From: a virus
Length of the DNA stretch: 64,000 nucleotides
Reading direction: 5' to 3' (one strand)
IMG/VR virus record: IMGVR_UViG_3300028837_001424
Location: 32,001-96,000 of that record
Part shown: piece by piece, positions 1 through 8,843 of the stretch
Layout: each line of letters opens with the position of its first letter
Position numbering within the stretch: position 1 is the stretch's first letter
Program-made: the position numbers and the translations under genes
The notes under the pieces: generated by a model
Databases searched by the model: none
Seen by the model: the letters and a program-made list of their open reading frames with translations, nothing else
Told to the model about the DNA's origin: nothing

Positions 1-7
1 TAAGGCA

Positions 8-1702
8 ATGAGATACTTTGTCAGGATCAGGGATAATCCAAAGGCAAATAACTATATGCAGCTACTCTCGTTGCATCGTTTAGGTAAGCGCGGGAATATT
101 CTCATTACCGAGCGTTGGGATCGAAACAAGAAAAACTGGGTTGATAATCTAAGTATGCTTTATCGTTTCAGCGGCATGGGTGGCGCAAATGATTTTAGAG
201 AGATCGTAGAGCCTGAGGCTACTGCTTTGATCAAACAATGGTCCAAACCACCTACGATTAAAAGGCCCAAAGACAAAAGACGATGGGAAGATCGGCGTGC
301 TAAGGAGTTTGAAAATGCAAAAGAAGAACAGCACAAATTAGCGCATCACGTTACTGGTCCTGCTAGTGTAGGACCAACATCATCCTATATTCAAAGTAGT
401 GTTGTTGGCGCGCTTAGGAGAGTTGTTGAATTACAACCTCTTTATATCAATCTTCCAATAGACGAATCGCAGATTGAATTAAACAAACAACAAGCATTAG
501 GCAAGCTTGATCCTACGGTGAAGTTGGAACCTGTTGACTTTGATAAACTACACATCACTTTAATATGGTCAGAAAACTGCTCTGACCAAGCTGTTATTCA
601 AAGCATAAAAGAAGTTTCATGGCCAATGTCATTCAGTGTGCGGGTTAGTCGGTTGGAGGTACTGCAGTCTGATGATGGCTTGACATTAGTTTGGGCTGTT
701 GATCCAGATCCCGCCCTTGTTAGGCTACAGACCGAGCTTTATAATGCCTTCAAAAATAACAACATAGGCCTTAGCGAGTACTCTGATCAACAGGTTTACA
801 AACCGCATATTTCAATAGCATATAACTTAAGCCACATGCCATACGAATTACCATCGATAGAGCCATTTAAAATATCAATAGATAGAGTCAGGGTGACCCG
901 CAAAGATTATCGCGAAACCATGTCAATTGATCTTGTTGGGAGAGACTATCCAGACCCTCATTGCGGATTAGCGGGCGAGCACGGAGGCTCTCGCCCGCGG
1001 GATGAGTGCGCACCCAAGGACGATGAGGGAAAACCAATATCGCGTATTGAGGCTACAAGTGATGCTCAACTTGACTCGGCAATAGAATCTGTTATGGATA
1101 CGTGGCACGATTATGAAGGAGCAAGGATTGCGCTAAGTTGCTTACACGAAGAAATTGCCGAAGAGGGCATAGGGGAAACCCATATATGGAAACGCGACGA
1201 TGATTTAATGGGCGTTATGAGTATTTCACAAGACGCAGCACCATTTACAATTGAGCAATTATCTTCGCTGGATGCCCCTGGACTTGAGGGCGATAAACTT
1301 ACTCAGGTTTTGTATATTGCAAGCAAAGAGCGAGGCATAGGGACAAGGATGATGCAATATGCGGTTGATATTGCAGCCGATAGAGGACATGGTTTATGGG
1401 TTTATTCTGAGCCGGAAGCCATGGGCTTCTACGAAAAGATTGGAATGAAAAGCGCTGTTGATTCTAATACAGGAGCGCCAACCAGATTTTATTACTTCAC
1501 AGACGAGGATGTTAAATCATTATCTTTGCCAACCGTCAAGAAAGCCTTACCCGAAGTCAAGCCTGAAGACGAGCCAGAAAGCGGTGCCTTCGCGTCGCCG
1601 CCTCCTAAAATTGATTCATCAAAAAAGGCCGAATCTAAGGTAGCCAAAAAAGAACGACGTAAGAAAAGCAAAAAGAAACGTAAACGAAAGGCGCGTAAGT
1701 GA
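8..1702 (+). CDS. Multidomain head-associated protein: 2H phosphoesterase (Acb1/LigT-like) + GNAT acetyltransferase + basic tail
   Basis: Two HxT/S motifs (LHITL, PHISI) typical of 2H phosphoesterases; ERGIGTRMM...AMGFYEKIGM is a GNAT acetyl-CoA motif; internal YPDPHCG..GEHGGSRPRDEC motif shared with neighbouring genes. Confidence 0.75.
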   Translation: MRYFVRIRDNPKANNYMQLLSLHRLGKRGNILITERWDRNKKNWVDNLSMLYRFSGMGGANDFREIVEPEATALIKQWSKPPTIKRPKDKRRWEDRRAKEFENAKEEQHKLAHHVTGPASVGPTSSYIQSSVVGALRRVVELQPLYINLPIDESQIELNKQQALGKLDPTVKLEPVDFDKLHITLIWSENCSDQAVIQSIKEVSWPMSFSVRVSRLEVLQSDDGLTLVWAVDPDPALVRLQTELYNAFKNNNIGLSEYSDQQVYKPHISIAYNLSHMPYELPSIEPFKISIDRVRVTRKDYRETMSIDLVGRDYPDPHCGLAGEHGGSRPRDECAPKDDEGKPISRIEATSDAQLDSAIESVMDTWHDYEGARIALSCLHEEIAEEGIGETHIWKRDDDLMGVMSISQDAAPFTIEQLSSLDAPGLEGDKLTQVLYIASKERGIGTRMMQYAVDIAADRGHGLWVYSEPEAMGFYEKIGMKSAVDSNTGAPTRFYYFTDEDVKSLSLPTVKKALPEVKPEDEPESGAFASPPPKIDSSKKAESKVAKKERRKKSKKKRKRKARK

Positions 1703-1721
1703 CAACCACAGGAGTTGAGGC

Positions 1722-2669
1722 ATGACCAAAATAGATGTTATGTTGAGCGTGTGGAAGCCTTGGAGCTTAGCACTGCCACCAAACAATATATCAATAAAAG
1801 ATCAGGTGAACACCGCCAAAGCTCTTGATGTGCGCGCCATAGCAATAAAGGGGACCAACCGCAATGTTATTTATGGTGCGAAGGAAAAAATGGCATGGCC
1901 ATACAACAAATACAGCAATGATCACATCGAGATCGAGGCCAAGGCACAAGGGCTTGAAGTGGATCTGTGGTGTTGGGTCGACTGCCGGCATCCTGCTATT
2001 CAAGCCGAAGCAGTAAAACAGGCGGTCGCCAGATGGAACCCACGCAACGTATTTATTGATTGTGAAGGCGGGATAGCCAAAACCTATGCTTACAACACAG
2101 GGGCCTTCCTGAGAAGCCTAGGGCGGCTTTATAGGCACAATGGCGAGGAGATAAAGGTTTGGCTACAGTCATATCGTCGGCCAATGTTGCACCCAGAAAT
2201 AGCTTGGCATAAATGGCTTACTTATGTTGGCCAAGATGGGCAATATCTGCTCGAAGGCATATCGCCACAAGCTTACTATGTGGGGACACAGGATAGCGTA
2301 AGTGACTACGCGGGCATGTTATCGGAATACGAAAAGATGGAAGCTAGGATTGGTCGAGTCTTGAATTGGCATGTAACCCTACCTGCGTATTACGAACACG
2401 GTTGGCAGCCTACCGCTGACAGTCTTGAGGCTGGTATTGATTTCCTTAGAGACGAATTAGAAGATCGATTGGTCGGTGTTAATTTCTTCCGACTAGGATG
2501 GTTGATGAACGATAAACTACTCGATGTTTGGTCAATGCTTCTTGGCTATGATTGGGGAGAGGAAGAGGAGCCAGAACCCGAACCGACGCCATTTGAACAG
2601 CGCCCCGAACCTGAACGATGGGTCATTGTGGGTGACGATTTTAGATCACGAGGCGTAATAAGTGACTAA
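1722..2669 (+). CDS. Glycoside hydrolase-like TIM-barrel protein (GH25-like, possible endolysin)
   Basis: AIAIKG, W-x-W, FIDCE (DxE) and ISPQAY motifs recall GH25-like muramidases; GGAG RBS. Confidence 0.5.
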   Translation: MTKIDVMLSVWKPWSLALPPNNISIKDQVNTAKALDVRAIAIKGTNRNVIYGAKEKMAWPYNKYSNDHIEIEAKAQGLEVDLWCWVDCRHPAIQAEAVKQAVARWNPRNVFIDCEGGIAKTYAYNTGAFLRSLGRLYRHNGEEIKVWLQSYRRPMLHPEIAWHKWLTYVGQDGQYLLEGISPQAYYVGTQDSVSDYAGMLSEYEKMEARIGRVLNWHVTLPAYYEHGWQPTADSLEAGIDFLRDELEDRLVGVNFFRLGWLMNDKLLDVWSMLLGYDWGEEEEPEPEPTPFEQRPEPERWVIVGDDFRSRGVISD

Positions 2670-2723
2670 GAGTGTCATTTGATTAGAAGAATGCAATTTC
2701 ACTAAAAGCACCATATTCAACGA

Positions 2724-3695
2724 GTGTTGAAAATACCTTATTTAGTGAAAATGGTTGTATCTGTGGAAATAAAGAAAGTTGTAATGGGGCCAATGAGAAG
2801 AGTGATTAAACAGAATGAGACTATGCCTATTGTTGTAGGTCTTCTTAGACGCGTTTTTACAAAAACCAAGCAGCTAAACTCCTTAGATTTGCCAGAATTT
2901 ATGGAGCGCGTTGGTAAAGGACCAGGATATCACGACCCTCATTGTGGGCCTCCTCCAGGCGTACATGGTGGCTCAAGACCGCGCGATGAATGTGCTGGGG
3001 AGGTGTCTGTTGAGACTGGCGAACAAATGGTTCAACCATCAATACAAGGGCCACGCGATTTCGGCGAGAATGTTCCAATAGGGGCAAAGTGGATGCCCAG
3101 AAGAGAATATCGGGCAATACAGGAACAGATAGAACATAACGCCATGGATTGGGGTGAGGAAAACTTTGATGAGTTTGTAGAATCGCTATCCGATGAAGAA
3201 ATTTTGGCAATGAGTTCTTATAGAGTACAAGCCTATGATCCCATCAATGATTATTTACGGAAAGGCAAACTCGATCCATACGCAATATATACAGAGGAAG
3301 AGGTTAGGGAATTAATACCCATGATCGAAGGCGTTTTGGATAAAACACAAATTCCTGAGGAAGTATATGCCTATAGAGCGATGCGGATGCCCGAATTTAA
3401 AGATCCAAAAGAGATGATAGGTGAGACATTTACTGATTTCGGCTTTGCCTCGACCACAATGGTGCCGCACATGACTCACGTTTGGATGGAACAACCATCC
3501 GAAACGCCCAGATTCGTTGCTAAGATTAGGATACCTCAAGGTACAAATGCGGCATATATCAGCCATATAACCCATAAAGATCAAAATTATTATCCCGAAG
3601 AGACCGAAATACTATTGCAACGCAATACTAGGTTTAGAATTTTGGGATTAAATAATGACGGGTCAATAGATATGGAGGTTATTGGTGAGGAATGA
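2724..3695 (+). CDS. ADP-ribosyltransferase (VIP2/C2/Alt-like, R-S-E class)
   Basis: INDYLR, YR, DFGFASTT and EETEILLQRN give the R / STT / ExE signature; start codon uncertain. Confidence 0.85.
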   Translation: MLKIPYLVKMVVSVEIKKVVMGPMRRVIKQNETMPIVVGLLRRVFTKTKQLNSLDLPEFMERVGKGPGYHDPHCGPPPGVHGGSRPRDECAGEVSVETGEQMVQPSIQGPRDFGENVPIGAKWMPRREYRAIQEQIEHNAMDWGEENFDEFVESLSDEEILAMSSYRVQAYDPINDYLRKGKLDPYAIYTEEEVRELIPMIEGVLDKTQIPEEVYAYRAMRMPEFKDPKEMIGETFTDFGFASTTMVPHMTHVWMEQPSETPRFVAKIRIPQGTNAAYISHITHKDQNYYPEETEILLQRNTRFRILGLNNDGSIDMEVIGEE

Positions 3696-3873
3696 AATAG
3701 GCAAATTCACCTGGGACTTCGGCCTAGACCAAGACCAAGGCATAATGTTTGATAGTCAAAAGGCTAGTTTGAAGGAAGATAAACTAGCTCCTTGGGATGC
3801 CCAAGTAATATCACGCGCGGTTCAAGAAGTTGTTGATTCATTAGCGAACTTGCTTGGTATCGAAAAGAAATAA
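3682..3873 (+). CDS. Small hypothetical protein
   Basis: Overlaps the ART stop; GGAGG upstream. Confidence 0.35.
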   Translation: MVRNEIGKFTWDFGLDQDQGIMFDSQKASLKEDKLAPWDAQVISRAVQEVVDSLANLLGIEKK

Positions 3874-3912
3874 ACCAGCCATTCTATACAAGAAACCCAT
3901 TTGCACTAAGCG

Positions 3913-3950
3913 ATGAGGCGACCCTTTTAGTGGGTCGCCTCATATTTGTT
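3913..3950 (+). terminator. Hairpin, probable intrinsic terminator
   Basis: ATGAGGCGACCC / GGGTCGCCTCAT 12-bp stem followed by ATTTGTT. Confidence 0.65.
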
Positions 3951-3952
3951 AT

Positions 3953-3997
3953 ACGGTGCAAATGCTCTACCAAAGACTTATCTAATTGATTTATCAT
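3953..3997 (+). promoter_or_regulatory. Putative late-promoter motif ACGGTGCAAATGCTCTAC plus -10-like TATCAT
   Basis: Exact 18-bp copy at 40887-40904; both precede structural gene blocks. Confidence 0.55.
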
Positions 3998-4026
3998 GTA
4001 AACAGCCTAATACATGGGAGGTTACA

Positions 4027-5004
4027 ATGCCTATAGGGATTGGCGATGCCCCAGGCACTTTGCCTAGCCATGCGAAGGATATATACGTCTCGGCCTTCAA
4101 TAATTCTTACGAAACGACTTGTAAGAAAAGGAAAGATCGAGACGCGTGCGCGGCAAAGATAGCCTGGTCGGCTGTCAAAAACAAATATAAGAAGGGTGGA
4201 GAAGGCAAGAAATGGGTTGCCAAGAGCTTTAATGAACTCGAAGTTGATGTTGGCAATATTCCTTTGCCCGGTTCTTTATACGAGTCACCCTACCATGCTG
4301 CCCAAAATTGGATTGATGCTTATGGCTCATGCATTATCGCGGAAAAATCTATTGGAGAATCCGCCAGTGACGCGTGGGCTGTTTTGAAGACGCATTACGA
4401 GTGTGATAGTCAGGGACTATGGCAGATCAAGGACGGACAAATGATTGAGCGAGCTTCACTAAACCCCGAAGAGGAAATTGTGGAAGCCCCAGAGGATGCG
4501 AAAGCCGAGCTTGTCATCGTTCGTTCTGAAATCGGCGGCGGATCTTGGCGTACAGAAGGCGGTCCCATTATCGTTGATGGTTTGACACCTGAACAGGAAC
4601 AAGCCCTTGTAGATAAATATTGCAATGAAATAGCTGCAAGGCCCGAAGGTTTTCCTGGAATGGCTTGGGCATCATTAGCTCTCAAGCATAAAACGGTTTG
4701 CAAAGCGATTCATCTTAAGCGCAGATCGAGAGCTTATATGTGCGCAGTCGAGCGCGAACAAAAGCGAGGATGGACTACTTATCTTAACCCATTGAATCCG
4801 AGCGAATATATCTTTAGCGGATGGAAAGTTGAGCCGGACAAAGCGCAAACCCTACAACGAACAGTGCTTGTTCGATCCATTACGGATGACGGCACTAAAT
4901 GTGAACATTGGCTGCTTGGTGATCCGCTCAACTTTGCATCGGCTACCATACAACGCGACGTTGGCCCTGATTATGCTCGATTCAGAGGTCCACTTTTGAA
5001 ATGA
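4027..5004 (+). CDS. ChaB-family protein (one clear and one degenerate ChaB repeat)
   Basis: LPSHAKDIYVSAFNNSY...AAKIAWSAVKNKYKK is the ChaB signature; start moved to ATG 4027 after GGAGG. Confidence 0.8.
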   Translation: MPIGIGDAPGTLPSHAKDIYVSAFNNSYETTCKKRKDRDACAAKIAWSAVKNKYKKGGEGKKWVAKSFNELEVDVGNIPLPGSLYESPYHAAQNWIDAYGSCIIAEKSIGESASDAWAVLKTHYECDSQGLWQIKDGQMIERASLNPEEEIVEAPEDAKAELVIVRSEIGGGSWRTEGGPIIVDGLTPEQEQALVDKYCNEIAARPEGFPGMAWASLALKHKTVCKAIHLKRRSRAYMCAVEREQKRGWTTYLNPLNPSEYIFSGWKVEPDKAQTLQRTVLVRSITDDGTKCEHWLLGDPLNFASATIQRDVGPDYARFRGPLLK

Positions 5005-5828
5005 CGCCAATTGATGCTGGTGGAAGCGGCAACACTGGCCATACCACGGCGAGAGGCAAGAAAAGGATTAAGCTTACGCCTGGTGAGGCTGGTTACCGCG
5101 AAGGAATGGGTATACCAGAACTGCGATGCGGAGATTGTGTTTTTTATGTGAATGGTTTGTGTGAGAAAGTTGCAATTAAACCAGACGCCGATGATGTTTG
5201 TAATGAATTTGAGCCTGCCTTACAGAGGGGAAACCTAAGTTCAAATTCTCCAGGAGTGGGTTCGGATTTTGCTACACTAAGAGGTTTGTTAGTGCCAGAC
5301 TTATTGAAATCTAAAGCTAAATGGGAAACGATGGGCCGCAAGGGAGGGCCCAAAGCCGCTGGGCCAGATGGCGAGTGTGTTTGTCCAGAATGCGGATATA
5401 AAACCAAACATGTGGCTGGCGAACCGTGTGAAGATAAAGAATGCCCTAAGTGCAAAACCCCTATGGTAAGAAAAGGTCTTATTGTAAAAGGTGGTTCACG
5501 ATCAGGATATCATGATCCGCACTATGGCAGAGTTGGGCAGATTGGAGGATCAAGAACAAGGAAAAGTCAGATAAATAAACTTCGGGAAGTTGCTATTGGT
5601 TGGCGAAGCATTGTATTGGGATCAATGCATCATAAGATTACTCGCACCGTTGGCCAAGGCAGGCACGAGGCGATTATCAGGAAGACTAGTGAAGGATGGG
5701 ATCTGTCAAGACAAACATACGATTATTGGGGAACACCAATGGGGCGGTCAGGCGTTAGTCATCATGATGAATTAATAGCGGCAATGGCTTCTGGCAATGA
5801 TTGGATTGAGAGAAAAGCAAATGACTGA
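5001..5828 (+). CDS. Cys-rich head accessory protein (HiPIP-like and Zn-ribbon motifs)
   Basis: CGDCVFY...CEKV...C and CVCPECG...H...PC...CPKC; carries the KGGSRSGYHDPHYGRVGQIGGS motif. Confidence 0.55.
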   Translation: MTPIDAGGSGNTGHTTARGKKRIKLTPGEAGYREGMGIPELRCGDCVFYVNGLCEKVAIKPDADDVCNEFEPALQRGNLSSNSPGVGSDFATLRGLLVPDLLKSKAKWETMGRKGGPKAAGPDGECVCPECGYKTKHVAGEPCEDKECPKCKTPMVRKGLIVKGGSRSGYHDPHYGRVGQIGGSRTRKSQINKLREVAIGWRSIVLGSMHHKITRTVGQGRHEAIIRKTSEGWDLSRQTYDYWGTPMGRSGVSHHDELIAAMASGNDWIERKAND

Positions 5829-7425
5829 AAAACAATTGCTTCAAGAACAAGCAGTCGGCATGGAATTAATTATCACGAAAGTTGCCAAAGATAAGCAGAC
5901 TGGCGAAAAGCGCTGGTTTGCACGAGCAAGTGGCGTTGAGCGAGACTTATTTGATGAGAGGATGTCGAAAGAATTGTTTGATGACTTCATCCGACGTGCA
6001 GAAGCCAAAGAATCTGTACCAGAACCATTCTCAAGCAAAGCCTGGAACGGCGGATTGCCATATCTAGGAGTTGCCCATTATCTTGATCTGGAAGGTGAAG
6101 GTATAGCAGGACCTACGACTCAAATCTATACAGATGGCGATTATTTCAAGTCAAAGGGCACATTTGAGAATAGCGAATTAGGAGACCTTTGTTATGACGC
6201 CATCAAGAAAGACATAGAAGATGATATTCCGCACGACCAACGAATACGAATTTCGATTGCGTTTATTGACTGGGGACACGATCACGAAGGACATGGTGTA
6301 TTTAGGCGCGAATCTCTTATGGATCGATGTGAACTATGTGGAAAAGGCATAGGAGAGAAGATTTATAAGGCCGGCCACCTTGTTCATCTGGCACTAACAA
6401 GAAGGCCAGCTTACCCCCAAGCTACTATAGAACTGGAGGAACGATCCATGAATAAGAGACGTGATGATGCCGCTTCCATTGTGGGGGATGATAAAGCTGA
6501 CGAGCTTGAAGCAAAATCCCTAGAAATGCTTCTAGTTGGCAAGACTGAAGGAATTGACCCAAATGCAGTAATCATCAAGGCTGACGAGGAAACGGGTGAA
6601 GAGAGCGCCGAGGAAGCCCCCTATGGTGGGGCTGAAACACTTGACGAAGCCGAAGCGTATCTTGTCCAAAAAGCAACCGAGCCAATCTTGATGAATTCCT
6701 GGGGCGTCTTACAAGGCGTTCTAACTAACATAGCGGGTCGGGATCATGGGCCAGCAATAGCTGAGCAGTTAAAGGCGTTTCAAACAACGCTTGATGTGCA
6801 AGCTCTTGAGGCTCTAAAATCCATGACCCACAGGGAGGTAGTTATGCCCGAAGTAGCAAAAGAAGTTATCGTTGAGAGGCAGCCGCCCTTTGTTGGTGAG
6901 GAAGAGTTAGCTGAGGAAGAAGGGTTAACGACTGGAACCGTTGAAGAGGTAGAAGAGGAAGAGGAAGTTGCCTTCCGATCCACCTCTGAAATGGCCGAGC
7001 CACACCCCTTGGATGAATCTTTCTTGGCACTACGTACCGCCTATGATGAGGCGCTGGAGACCCCTGTAGACCGCTCCTCGCGGCTTCAGATGATTCAGCC
7101 CGCTATAAATGCCGTAGGCGACGCCATCCTAGCCAATATTGAGGCAGTACCCGCGGAAGGCGCTGTTTCAAAGGACATTATTAAGCGAGCCATTGAAGAG
7201 GCTGTCGCACCCCTTCGGGCTGAACTTGAGGCGCTAAGAGTAAAGTCCTTATCAGATTCAACACCTCCGCCCCAAGTGCCAGTACCACGGCACATCGTCG
7301 CTCCAGCACGCGTTGTTAACCAGACGCCTGAAAAACTCATTGTTCGTGACATTGAAGAGGCTAAGGTAGACAACCCAACACCAAAACTGCGTGCAATAGT
7401 GCGCAAATCAGTAGGAATACGGTAA
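5821..7425 (+). CDS. Prohead protease / scaffold fusion
   Basis: Directly upstream of capsid gene; ASGVERDLFDERM, ISIAF, HLALTRRPAYP resemble HK97-type protease elements; acidic low-complexity C-terminal half. Confidence 0.7.
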   Translation: MTEKQLLQEQAVGMELIITKVAKDKQTGEKRWFARASGVERDLFDERMSKELFDDFIRRAEAKESVPEPFSSKAWNGGLPYLGVAHYLDLEGEGIAGPTTQIYTDGDYFKSKGTFENSELGDLCYDAIKKDIEDDIPHDQRIRISIAFIDWGHDHEGHGVFRRESLMDRCELCGKGIGEKIYKAGHLVHLALTRRPAYPQATIELEERSMNKRRDDAASIVGDDKADELEAKSLEMLLVGKTEGIDPNAVIIKADEETGEESAEEAPYGGAETLDEAEAYLVQKATEPILMNSWGVLQGVLTNIAGRDHGPAIAEQLKAFQTTLDVQALEALKSMTHREVVMPEVAKEVIVERQPPFVGEEELAEEEGLTTGTVEEVEEEEEVAFRSTSEMAEPHPLDESFLALRTAYDEALETPVDRSSRLQMIQPAINAVGDAILANIEAVPAEGAVSKDIIKRAIEEAVAPLRAELEALRVKSLSDSTPPPQVPVPRHIVAPARVVNQTPEKLIVRDIEEAKVDNPTPKLRAIVRKSVGIR

Positions 7426-7524
7426 TAACCCTGCTTGCTATGTGTGCTACTGAGTAAGGCGATCTATCAGTAGCGTTAAGCACGGCGAGAGTAAGAAAAA
7501 GAAAAAGTTTCTGGAGGAAACGTC

Positions 7525-8730
7525 ATGACAGAACAAATAGTTCCCGATATCACTGGCGAGCGGGTTATCAATCCTTCGACTGGCGAAGTCTTTGTTTCAA
7601 AAGCCACCGATCCTGTTATCCTGCCTCAGCCATACGCAACACCTGGCACGTTCTCGGCTCAGTACCCTACTCCACTTGACCCAACCGAGATCATTGCATT
7701 GTGCGAGGAAGTCTCACTTTGGCAAGCATTACCTGAGGAGTTTACATCTTTGAAGGCGTATACTTGGCGCGAAATGGATGCCATCCAGATGATCTCTGGT
7801 TCCACCGCCGCATCAACGTATTTGTTCTTCGCTGATGGTGAGTGTCCTGAGGAGTACGAGCACGAAGGGGACAATTTTACAGTGAATTTAAAAAATATAG
7901 GCGCGAAGAAAAGCCTCAGCATTTCGGACATAATGCACTCGGCGGCTGTGGCTGGAGCTAACTGGCATGGAATTAACCGCCTTGTTGGCGGGTTCCCTGC
8001 AAGTGAAGGCGCGCCAGGCGGAACCGATGCTGCAACGTTTAGCCAAGAACGTGTTTCCGATCTAAAAGAGAAGGAAATTCGAATCGGAATGACATCAGTG
8101 CTGAACGGATGGGACAAATATCTTGTGATTGGCAATAGCGCTGCGCCAGGCGGATTGCAGTTTGATGGACTTGACAATTACGACGCAAACATGGGTGGAA
8201 CTTGCACCTTCCATACAAACGCTGCCGGTGCCCACACTGGAATCTTCACCGCCATTGGCTTTGACCGCTGGTTATCCGAAAGTTGTGCAAAACCAACGCA
8301 CCTTTTTGGGCATCCACAAAGTATGCAAGAGTTGATGTCTGCTTACTTCCAGCTTGGTTACCAGGGAAGTCAGGTGGTCAATTTTTCAAGCGGTGATCGG
8401 ATTGTCCCAGGATTTAACTTTGCCGGTTACGTCAATACTGGTGTTGGCCGATTAGCAGTAACTTCGGACAACAACTTCACTAACGCGACCTATAATGATG
8501 ATATTCAAGGGGAGATTTATGCCCTACGAATGAATCAGAACGGCGAACCGTTGGTGTATAAGCTAACCCAGATTCCGCTTGCTCTTAAAGATCTTACCCC
8601 TGGTTGTACTGCAATCAGTTTTGAGATTTGGTGCAAAACCGCGCTTGTTGTAAAAGCGTGCTGCGCCCAGGGTCGTTATACAGCCCTATTCTCAGGCCGA
8701 GTTCAAGCAACTTGTTCAACCATCGGATAA
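7525..8730 (+). CDS. Major capsid protein
   Basis: 401 aa after protease, strong GGAGG RBS, GN...LQFDGL motif, followed by a hairpin. Confidence 0.8.
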   Translation: MTEQIVPDITGERVINPSTGEVFVSKATDPVILPQPYATPGTFSAQYPTPLDPTEIIALCEEVSLWQALPEEFTSLKAYTWREMDAIQMISGSTAASTYLFFADGECPEEYEHEGDNFTVNLKNIGAKKSLSISDIMHSAAVAGANWHGINRLVGGFPASEGAPGGTDAATFSQERVSDLKEKEIRIGMTSVLNGWDKYLVIGNSAAPGGLQFDGLDNYDANMGGTCTFHTNAAGAHTGIFTAIGFDRWLSESCAKPTHLFGHPQSMQELMSAYFQLGYQGSQVVNFSSGDRIVPGFNFAGYVNTGVGRLAVTSDNNFTNATYNDDIQGEIYALRMNQNGEPLVYKLTQIPLALKDLTPGCTAISFEIWCKTALVVKACCAQGRYTALFSGRVQATCSTIG

Positions 8731-8754
8731 TCTGAGTAGTCGGGAAAATCAAAA

Positions 8755-8791
8755 AGGAGCCGGCGCGGGCCTAACGGACCTGTCGGCTCCT
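8755..8791 (+). terminator. Hairpin after capsid gene
   Basis: AGGAGCCGGC...GTCGGCTCCT stem. Confidence 0.5.
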
Positions 8792-8843
8792 CATACGAAA
8801 TTATAGATTTAATCTTTGAATTTAATAATTCAGGGAGGTTCTA

